From Botryllus schlosseri (Eukaryota), in NCBI GenBank assembly GCA_051294905.1, contig CM119379.1, positions 6,386,001 to 6,450,000 on the forward strand: a stretch of 64,000 nucleotides of DNA. The letters run 5' to 3'. Below, piece by piece: positions 26,001 through 38,000 of this stretch. The translations under genes were made by a program, and so were the position numbers. Every line of letters starts with the position of its first letter. Positions within the stretch are counted from its first letter, which is position 1. The notes beneath the pieces were generated by a model. That model worked only from the letters and a program-made list of their open reading frames with translations. It was not told the DNA's origin and did not search any database.

Positions 26001-29000
26001 GACATGTCTAAATTTTTAGCATTTTTTCCGCTTGAGCGATTACAAAAACAGCAATTTTTAGAGGGTCATATCTTCTATTCTATTTGACCGATTTTGATAA
26101 TATCTACTTTTCTCAAATCAGAAAATAAAGTTCTGTAAGCATACCAATTTTCATAAAATTCCGAGGTAGTGGTTACAGTGGCCAGGAGAACTGACACGGA
26201 TTGACTCCCACTTACTCGCCGATATTGGACTGTACTGTGCTCTTGGGCTATTCCTGAGTAACTTGATTTTTCAAATTTTTCTTGCTATCCCTTGAAATTG
26301 TTAGGTTGTCTGTAAAAATCGCCGTACACCAAATTTGGCTCAGTTCCATCCAGTTGTTGTTGAAGTACAAAATTTTGGATTTGAAAAATATTGTATTTAC
26401 GGTGGCATATTCTTTAAATAATTATTATATATCCATCCACCATAAATACTAGCCAATGATTTGAAATCCTAAATCTTGAACATCAGTAAATTCGTTTCTA
26501 CTGGTTGGAATTGAACCATATTTGTTGTGCATAGTTCTTTTTCAGACAACCTAACAATTTCATGAGGTAAAATTTGAAATTTTTTATTGAATAAACCCAA
26601 AACTTTCTTATTTAGCAATGCTTCTTCAGGTTGGGATTGAGCCAAAATTGATGTGCAGTGCTTTTTTAGGCAACCTAACAATTTTGTAGCCAGTAAATTA
26701 TGAAAAAACGAATTAATTTTGAACACCCCTACTGTGCTCTGCATATGCTGTAGAACTAGGTCATGTCAAGGTTTGTCGCTGTTATTGAAAATTTCTAATC
26801 TTCTGCTACACCAAGTGGACAAATGTAGAAGTCTGATTCAGTTTCATCTACATATTTAGTAGTGACAGTGTGTTATATTGTTTTAGCAATGCATTTAGAT
26901 TTAAATGCTCATCAAATTTGTATGCAAGATTGCCAAAGCAATTTTATATGATTAGGTCTTTGACAAACTTATCAGGATTGCAATCCTTCTGCCTGTTGCT
27001 TGAGTAATGCTTTCTTACCAAACTTGCACTGAGATTTATTGATCTCAAGTTGACGAAAAGCTATTGATTTTTCTTGCCAGTAACTGGCACATTATGTTTA
27101 TTCCTGCAACAGGTTATCCTATTCTATTTTTGTCACAGGTTATTCCAGTAGAGAATCGCTTGCTGTTTGAAGTTTTCGACGAAAACAGAGTGGTAATTGT
27201 TGAATTCTTGATTGATATCATATAGATAGACTACATTCTACTGTGTCTCCTCGGCGTATCGTGTGTGTTAGTGTATGTATATCGTATAACATTTATATTC
27301 GAAATGAAATAGCACAATTGCATAGACAGCCACAGAACGACAAGTAAGTTGATAGCTTCGCAGGATGTGTTTCGTATCATATAAGTACCTTAACGGGCAT
27401 AATCGCTCTTAATACAGCTGTTTTTTAGTAAAACTTTTATTTGATTTTTGCGAAAAATTGTGACGTGATGAGTGAATTCTGACGGCAAATTCGGAATCAG
27501 CATCGTCAAATTAGGTACACTCAATTACTTGTTCTAAAAAAAAGTTGAAAAATGTCGAACAGTGTTAGTGTAGTTGTGAAATGGTATCCAGTTCTAACTG
27601 TTTGATTAAATTTTGACCATGAGCTTCTGGTCGAACTTGGAATATGGCTGACCCAGGCCCATAAGCCTATGCACATATTGGTACAGTTCTTCTACCAGAT
27701 ATAAGAAAGATATTGCAAAAATTCGTGAATTTGACTCGGGTTGAGGGAACTTTTGAATGTTTGTTCATGTAAGCATTGTACTTGGAGGGAGATGTTAATT
27801 ATGGTGTTGCTAACATAAAACACACCATTTCGAAGTGAAATTCATATCCACATCTATTATGAAGTGCTACTAGGATTGCTGAATAAATCCCAACCTGTGT
27901 GCTCATCACATGTCACATTCATCAATTGCAGTACCGGAGACATATTCCGAATCAATTCAAGCAAGATGGAATGAATGCCTATATATAATATTAACCTGGG
28001 CTGGGTAATTTTTTTTATGACGATATGATACAGCAAGTAGAACGGAAGTCACAATATCCAAGTCGAAAACTCGAAGGGGGAAACGGCATTGCGCATTTTA
28101 GTAGCACGACTAACGACAATTGAAATTCAAGGTGTCGGAAACATCTTCAGAAACGCTCCGAGTACCAAATCTTCATTTGCCAGTTCACCGTGTTAAATAT
28201 CATATTTATTATTATAGTAGATAAGAAATATTATCTTTGTATGATGGTCACATTGAGCTGCAGGCCGAATGTAAATTGCCGAGCCATATAGTTTACGAGA
28301 ATTCGTTTCTCCCAAGTTTGAGTTACCAGGTCGAACCTTTACCCATGTGTCGTCAGCCTACGATCATAGTCTAGTGCAGTGGTTATCCGCCTTTTTGGGT
28401 TTGCAGTAAAATTGCAAAATAAGTTTTTGCAGAGCAGTGAAATATCAAAAATAAAAATTAACCCTAACTGTAATTTCGACAGGTGCATGCAACTAAAAGC
28501 AAATGATGGGAACATCGTTCATTATACAACACTTATCAATTCTATATTGAAGTTCTGTACCTTCAAGAGGCTCTTAAAAGTTCATTCAATGTTGCCATTT
28601 TTAATATATAGGCCTGTCATGTGCGGATCTAATTACATTCGCTGCAACGTGAAGTCCAGTTAACAAAACACTAACTCGATTTCAATTGTTCAGTTTCTTT
28701 TGATAGAAATGTGACTTTGCTGTTTGCTATCCTCCGTTTGTTGCTAATTTGTGCTGTCAATTTATCGAATGCTGCTCAAGAAGTCTTCATAACCTTCACA
28801 TAAGGTTTAGGCTGAGACAGTTTTTGTACGACACTTGCAAGGCCAAAGTACACCATAAACTGTATGTGACTACACCATGCCAGGCTTGACAAACTAGATC
28901 ATTTTAGTTGTCGAAAAATTTGGATTATCAATAAAATAGTATTTACGGTGACCAAATGTTTCGAAATTTTTCGACGGCAATAACTCCGCTTCCACTGGTT

Positions 29001-32000
29001 GGAATTGAGCCAAATTTGGTGAACATCGTTTCTATAGACAACCTAACACTTTCATGGGGTGAACAGAAAATTTTGAAATTTTTGTTCATTTATTTTTACA
29101 TAATAAATAGAAACTTTCTTCCACTGTAGCAATGCGGCTACTGGCTGGAATTGAACCAAATTTTGTGTGTAGGCTTAAATTAGGTAACCTAACAATTTTA
29201 TGAAGTAGCCAGTACGATTTGAGAAAAAAAGTCATTTTTGAAGAGCCCTACTGAACATACCGGGATTCTATTTGTCCAAGCCTGCACCACGCAGAAAGAT
29301 ATATTCCAAATTTGAAATTTAATGGAAAAGCGTTTAGTGGGCGCTTTGTGGAAGCGTACGACGCAGCTATTGACAACAATCCTATGTTGAGAGAAATTGA
29401 GTTTCACCAAGACGCCGGGGCCCGGTTCGAGTTCTGTTGGAAATTTCGGATTGCATTCCTGACTATACATAGGGAGATTATAACGATTGGCGATAATTTG
29501 ACGCTATTTAAGTAGGCTGTTTTTTCGATTCCACTCAGGATATATATAACGCTACGGATTACAACATGCCTAACATTTCGTAGGATGTACGACTCCAAGG
29601 TACCGCGCTGTAATTTTATCGGAAAACCTCAAATTCTTCCCTGGCCGCTCAATTGGGAGCTCTTGTTGCCTGTCGGCCGTCATATGCACCGTCGAACGTT
29701 TCCATCCACGTAATTAATGAAGAGAGCGTAAAGGGCCAGACGTACCGTGCCGTATAACTTGAATAAAAGTCAAAATTCGAATATTACGGGTAACTATCAA
29801 CTCTGAAGCGCAAGTTGTGTACCGTTATAATTGCGTATCTCTACAATTGTTCAATCGTGTTTCATTCTTCCGAAACTATCGTCTCGCTTTCTCATGCAAG
29901 ATGTGCCAGACACATCGCATAAAAGATCATATCGAATAAATCCCGCACACTATTTGCCGGCATTTCTTGATATATTAGCCCGCAGGTGCCTTTGTAGATT
30001 TGCAGATTTTCGTAACGTAACGTTCGTATTCCTGAACAGCGTATGACACGAATTGTTGTCGCCGTACGCAATATCGAAAACCCGATTTCAGTTTCAAGCG
30101 TGCCGCAACATGATCGATTGAATTGATGAATAGTGTTTCGGCTGGCTTGCAAGTGATGGTTGTCACTAAAGGCATAGATTTCGGCTTTCGTACCACGATC
30201 GGCTGTACTGGAATTGAAGGCCCCCCGTAACCGTAGCCTGTCTCGGCTTGCGCTGACCGCGTGGAATTTCTTCGATAGCAAATAAAACTATTGCAGTGTT
30301 CTGTATGTAGTAATGCTTCTTAGCGATCAGTGCAGATCGCATTCTTGATGAACGTGGCTGAAATCAGCTACGGCCGAAGTCCGACGCAAATAGCATCTGT
30401 GTACGATGGAAATATCGGAAGCCCTGTGCTAAACATTGGACTTGGATGGCTTTGTGATAGCCGAAAATGTTATAATTGTCCAGCTCTGTACAAGGATTCA
30501 CGCGCCGATTTACGAGTTCTGCGAGGTTCGTCAGAATGGCGCTCGGAAAACTCGTCTTTTAACGTAGCGTCGTCTCGTGCGTTGCGGTTTCACGCGGGTG
30601 AAGTAGGATTCATGTTGATTCCGCGATGATTATGTATTGAAGCGGAGATTCGCGCAGTTTCTGGTTGATGCGTCGGCAGCAGAACGCTGAGAACAATCTG
30701 TCACAATGTGTCATCTTATCGCGATATTGCGTCAACGTGCACTGATGAATGTAGCAACCAGACTTTACAGCTTTTTCAAATAAGATTAGAATAATGCATT
30801 TTTTTCCAAATTAAGATTACCATTATAGCTACACAATTTTTCCAAAGTAGACTAGAATTAGAATTACAGGTAGGCCCTACACTTTTTTCCACATTAAAAT
30901 TAGAATTACCAAATTCGCGGCAACTTGGACGTTGCATCAAGTTCAATTCATATTGAACAATGGTCCATTATCATGACCATGAGAGTAGCAAATGTCTGTA
31001 CACTTTTACATAAAGCTAGGCTCTTCGCGCACCATACGGTTCTTCCGTAGAATTTACAGGGACATCAGAAATTAGATTGGAATTGAAAATATAGAGTAGA
31101 AACATATCACAAATTACATTAGAATTAGAGCAAAGAAACATTCAACAAATTATATTGGAATTAGATTAACGGTATTTCGTTATCAGTAGTGCAGGTATAA
31201 TTATGTAGCTGACCAGGCGTGATATCAATACACGAACGAATGACAGCATACGCAACTTGACCGACTTTCAAAATCATTTATATCGCGATTACAGACCGCA
31301 GCGCGGCCTTGAATCATAATTGCGAGCACGTAACCGCTGCGCGATATTTACAGGTGTGGGTGTGGCAACACTCCCCTAACAGACCATTATTATCAACGTT
31401 CAGATCATGCTGTTAGACTAGTAGCCGAACAACACGCATCGTCGAAGTGCGAGTTTATGGCTAGTAATATGATTCACTATACTGGATTATGTAAATCTCT
31501 CGTAACTTTCCGCAGTCTGTAAGGGTATGTCCCGTGATGCCGAGCTCGATGCCGTCATCCGTCATGTGATGTTTTGTTCCCTCCATCGCGTGACGTAACA
31601 AATCCGGATTACGTCCCACTCGAGTAATTTGCCCGTATTTTCACCCAATTTGTTCCATGACTGATCAAGAAAAATCGCTTGGCGTTCGTTTTTTGAGTTT
31701 CGGTTTAGGGGAATACCCGATCTTGCGTATGGCTTCCATTATTGAGTGTTGCCATATCGTTTTAAATTCCACCCAAATCCAGGTAAAGTGTATGTGTTTC
31801 AATTTTAATTTTTTGAATCTAAAGACTGCAAATCTGTTTCATAGCAGCAGGCTTTGAATGTACATAGTGTTTACCTTACAGTCATTGATTCGCTTGATTA
31901 GAATTCAAGAAATTGAATCCCAGCATCATACAATTTACATGCTGTTCATGCCATCCCATGCTTGTTTGGTTTTGCAATACACCACTTCCATTCTATTTTC

Positions 32001-35000
32001 AGACACGTGACGACTTTTTGGGACAAGTGGACGTTCCTATAAACCAGACTTATATTTCGGTGAGCTTGTAGAAATGGAATTATATTATTTATCATATATA
32101 ATGTGTTACATTCTGTTTTCTATCATTGATTTCACTGTTGATATTCAAACTCGTTACAAACTCTTGTTCTAGTAAGCACTGCCCAAGCTTTATTTCATCA
32201 TAATCCAGCTATCGATTACTTAAATATCATATATATATAGTTTGCAGAAGATTTAGATGCCACAGCTGATTTCCAATGGACATTATAGCCTGGATTTATA
32301 TGCTAATTTCTATTGATTGGTCTCGTCTTTAAATATTGTTTGTGTCATTTACATAACAGTAGTGGATTTCAATGTTGTGAAAGAGCCTACCTTGCTCATA
32401 AGAAAGATATATCTTCTATCCAGTACATGCTCGGAAAAGTTCATTATACTGCAAATCGTATACACAATCTGTTATTGGCCACAAAACAAATGATGTTTGT
32501 TACATTATATGCATATGTGAATTGCCACACTTTTATTTTTCATTTCAGTTAGAAGAAGCAGGCAATGATTCACCATATAAAGAGTTTCCACTGCGACCAA
32601 GAAGGTATCTTATATTTTGCTTGTACTGCTTTGGATTATGATAGATATATAATTAGTTAAATACTAGTTGATATGTGGAATTTCCTTATGTATGCTCAAT
32701 AGGGTTGTCCAAAATTTGGAAAATCTTACAAATCCTCAGTTGTAATGTCTTATTCTATAGATTATTGATAAAAAACGACACTGAGCCTGAAAGAAGCTCA
32801 CAGGAAGGCCGTTAAGATTTCGTGCAAAGCGTTTGAAAGTAGCTGCCGAAGAACGGGCGTGCCACCGACCATAGAACGGCGAGAAGACTAGTAGTCACGA
32901 AACCACGGCTCTTGATTGGCTTATCGGCTATGCTTCAATGACCACGACAGCAGCAGCTTGCTGATTAGGTGATCAAGGAGTCTGCTAGCGGCGGCGATTC
33001 TGAAAGCGCATTGTATGTAGGCTGACAGATAACGATTTAGGATTGATTCAGGGTATGTTGGGGTACGAAATACATGATGAACAAAGAACAGCTGCTTCAC
33101 AAAAACGTCTAAAGCATGACCGCTTTATTGTGAAGGAAACCGCCGTAGCCTATATGCCTTGTTTTCAACGAGGGAAAGCATAGGCGCTTATGCAAGTGGC
33201 GACGGATTCCTCGTTTCAGAAAGGATATATCATTATTGAATACAAATATAAAGCTTAACAATGTCACTATAATTTGTGTGATCTTATTGGGCTCAGGTTG
33301 TAGTACATAGTTGAAGTTTTGAAAGCTCTAAGGATCGGCTGAATTAGCGGGTTATGCTTAACACTTGTCAGATGCTTGCATCAAACTGTATTCACTTGCA
33401 AGTGTTGTCAAAGTCCTTGATGATAACGCAGAAAAGAGGTGTAAAGGTGAGCACATACTATGCTGGATATGTTATGTCAAAGTCCTTAATTATCGCGCAG
33501 AAAAGGGGTGTAAAGGTAAGCACAGACAATGCTGCATAGTGCACAGTAACCAGCATAGTTTGTATATCATATCAAGCATAGTCTGTGCTCAGTTTTACAC
33601 CTCTTTTCTGCGTTATCATCAAGGACTTTGACAACACTTGCAAGTGAATACAGTTTGATGGAAGCATCTGACAAGTGCCCAACATAACCCGCTGATTCAG
33701 CCGATCCTTAGAGCTTTCAAAATTTCAACTATGTACTACAACCTGAGCCCAATAAGATCACACAAATTATAGTGTCATTGCTAAGCTTTATATATGTATT
33801 CAATACTTATATATCCTTTCTGAAACTAGGAATCCGTCGCCACTTGCATAAGCGCCTATGCTTTCCCTCGTTGAAAACAAGGCATATAGGCTACGGCGGC
33901 TTCCTTCACAATAAAGCAGTCATGCTTTAGACGTTTTTGTGAAGCAGCTGTTGTTTGTTCATCATGTATTTCGTACCTCAACATACCCTGAATCAATCCT
34001 AAATCATTATCTGTCAGCCTACATACAATGCGCTTTCAGAATCGCCGCTGGTAGCAGACTCCTTGATCACCTAATCAGCAAGCTGCTGCTGTCGTGGTCA
34101 TTGAAGCATAGCCGATTAGCCAATCAAGAGCCGTGGTTTCGTGATTACTAGTCTTCTCGCCGTTCTATGGTCGGTGGCACGCCCGTTCTTCGGCAGCTAC
34201 TTTCAAACGCTTTGCACGAAATCTTAGCGGCCTTCCTGTGAGCTTCTTTCAGGTTCAGTGTCGTTTTTGATCAATAATCTATATAATAAGACATTACAAC
34301 GGGGGATTTGTAAGATTTTCCAAATTTTGGACAACCCTAATGCTCAATCAATGAGCTGTCATGATTAGTGTTTGCTAGCATTGGATTATGGATTTTCATT
34401 TGTATGATTCATATGCTTTCTTGATTTGTTTTTCATTTGTAATTCGCTTGGAAATTGACTACGCATCGCACACCCAGTCGGTTTTGTAGTGGTTGCTTTG
34501 CTTTGAACTACTTGAAGAGCAAATATGAAAGATATAGGCTGCTGGCTGTGTATGAGGCTTTTTGAAACATGGCTTATTGTGGTTAAATCATGTTCTATCT
34601 CATCTCCTTTGTAAATGAAACACTTCACCATATGTATTGCTTCGTAATTAATTAAATTGTGAAATAGAGAAATAGCTATGAAACTCATTTTACAACTTTA
34701 GTTTGTTTTTCAGTTTTGTTAACCACATAGCAGCTTAATTCAACTATTTATCATGAACGAATAGAAAAATTATGTTGATGCAGGTTAGATAGGCCCGGTT
34801 ATAGCCTATACATATGCTGGAAGCCGGTATTGTTTTCACGTTCTAAACTCGGGCTGTCCGTTTGTGTCTTCCTAACGTGCGCTCTATTTTCAACAGTTCC
34901 AAATCGAGGGTGAAAGGTCATTTACGCCTCAAGTTAACGTTTGTCAACGACGGCACTTCCACTCCTCAGAATGAAGAATCGCAATCGCAAGAGGTGAATA

Positions 35001-38000
35001 GCCATCGATAGATTTGAATCGAATATTCATTTGCATTGGTTGTTTGCTTCTTTTGTTTATTGCTAGACATGGTGGCATTTGATAACCTAGATTTCAAAGC
35101 TGTTCGGAAATAAATTTTTATTTTCAAATTTTACTGGTACTCGATGAAATTTGCAGGTTACCTGAAAACTCTGCATACCAATTTTGGCTCAATTCCAACC
35201 AGTGAAGGAGTTATTGTAGTAGAAAACTCTGAAATTATTTAATAAAAATGAAAATAAAACTTTTTTGAATTTCACTGGCTAGCCCATGAAATTGTAAGGT
35301 TGTCTGAAAAAACAATGCCCAACAAATTTGGCTCAATTCCAACCAGTAGCAGCAAAGTTATTATAGTAGGCATACAAAATTTTCCGTTTGAAAAAATGAC
35401 AGGCCTATTTACGGTGGCGAATTCTATAATTATTTATTATAGATCTAGCCACCTTTTCATGTTTGCAGTAATTTTTGCTTATAAGGTTGTCCTGACAAAT
35501 GAAGCAACTATTTAACGCTATTTGAAACACTTTTAGGTATGCTTTGAATGGCTATTGAATATATATGCCTACAGCCAATCCTAGATGAAATATTTTATAC
35601 TACTAAGTTTTACTCTGTAGTATAGGTCGACCCGTAACAGGCTTGAATTAAATTCAAGAAACCAATGTCCCCATTTCGTGTCTACCGATGAAAAATGTTA
35701 CGACACTTCTCCTGTTATGTGATGCAACTTTTCGCCCTCTGCGAAATTATGTCAGCCAGTTACAATGCGCCTGTGTTTTATTCGTGGCAATTCGCAGAGT
35801 TGGTCAAAGTATTCATCGTTGATACTCGTGTAGAAGTCAGTTATTCAAAAACTAAAACCACTCTAGTAAGTAGTGCAAGTAGGCAAAAACTATTTGAGTA
35901 CTTACAAAAATTAGAATTATGTATTTACTGAACAAATCTGCTATCATTATACGCGGAAGACAAACTTCGTCAGACCTCGATTCTAAATTTGCTTTGAATT
36001 TTCGATTCAGCTTGGTGTAAACCCTGCGTTGTGTTTTAGAACGATTGGGAGATTGTGGAAGGCAGTGAAACCGCTATGCCGTCCGGCTGGGAGGAGAGGC
36101 AGGACAATCTGGGAAGGACGTACTTTGTGAACCACGAGACCAGGAGAACGCAATGGAATCGACCAATGGCGTAAGTTTACTATTCATATGTCTTCGCATG
36201 TGTGTAGCTGACAATTGGTCCTGGCTATAATAAGAGAAAAGCTAGTGGTTTTTGGCCTTTTTTTATGCAGACCCGTAAGGTTGCTTTGGTGGTTTTACAG
36301 ACCTAGTGACCTAGTCTGATACAATATTAAAAAATTCATAACCAGAGATACCAACGGCGTGGATTAAAAGTTGAAAACAGCCATACTGCAAATCAAAGAC
36401 TCCATAATTGCCGTCTAGTCGATGCCTAAAAATAGTAAAAAATAAGGACAAAACTTATAATGGACTTGCAGTTTAGCCATAACTCGAGCTCAGCTAATGT
36501 CTGTCTGTCTCATCTGCCAGCTATAGGAAATTATTTCTTTCAAAGTGTGGTTTTGAATCTATGTTATTGGTGAAACGATATTCACGTGGCGTCTGCTCAT
36601 ATCTCCATAACATTTGAGTATGTGACACATGGAATTTATAACCCCCAAACCCACCCAATCCGTGCACTGATCCGAACCCTGACCCATTCCCATGGTTGTA
36701 GCAAAGTCGCAAAGTTCCGAGTCACAAGTCAATCGTACTTTTATAGTTTTGACTAGAGTCAAGTCGAGTCGTTTTCAATTCCGTATTGAGTCAAGTTCGA
36801 GTCTCGAGTCCGTGAGTAGACGGTCATGTTCGAGTCGTTGTATTCACTGTTCAGTTGTCAGTTCAATAATCCCATTTTTTTCCTCAGTCCTAACAGTTTC
36901 TGGCCCTGTTTTCCAAGTATCAGGACTGATAGACGACTTTACTATTCTTCGCAGTTACAATGAAATGTCTATTTTGACTCTCCTAGTCTCGAGTCTCGGT
37001 TCGAGTCATGCACGATGACTCGAGTACACGTTGAGTCAAAACACAAATTGACTCGAGTCGAATTGAGCCATTTTACGCATTTGAAAAAATGGCTCGAGTG
37101 ACCGAAAATCGTGACTCGATTCATTACAACCCTGCCTATTACTCTGCCTATTCCTATCTCGAACCATAACTTTAACCCATGCCGGTATACTCATGTGTGA
37201 CAAGACCAAGCTTGTTTGAGCAGACGTAACATTCTTTCTCTATCGCCAGTCTGCCAAGTTCCACGTCGGGAGGCAGCATGTCGAACGGCACCCGGTCGGA
37301 GTCTCGTAGGATTCCCAATTCGAGTAGTTCTCCGGATGAGAGCGCCGCGGGTCCTAGCGGTACTCCGGGTGCGATAGCAGCGGCCGAACAGTTCCGGCAG
37401 CGAAGGCATATAAGCGAAGAAGTGAATCGGGGGCAGCAATCAAGTGATAACTATGGCTCGGTGAGTGATTGTTACTGGGCGCAAAGATTGAAAACTACGC
37501 ATGTTATTGGGAATGATGTATCTGTGAAGACGTGATCAGTGATCACCATGGCGATTTTTGAAATATTTTACCTTAAAAAACCTAATTTTGACTAAATTTT
37601 CACCTCATCTAGGTAAATTAGGTGTTGTCGCTCACAATGTCAGAATTTGGGCATACTACTTATCCTCATTTCTGGTTGGAACTGTCCGTCCTTTTGTGTA
37701 GTAGTTTGACCTGAAAAAAACTTTTTTGACTGCACAACCGACAAATTATTGCCTGAAAAAAACTTCGTTTTGACGATATCTAGACCTAAAGATACTTTCC
37801 TACATTCTCGGGTAGAAAGTGTCTGTCCTTACTAAGTGGTTTGCCAAGAATGGAGAAAGAACGTTCAACAGCAGCAGTTGTTGGCTGACAACACTGAAGT
37901 TGTGCGTACACTGCTGGTGACATACCGTGTTGCTTCATTCTGACAATGTTGTCTACATCACAATTTTTCATCATGCGCTTCTTAATATAAGAACCAATGC

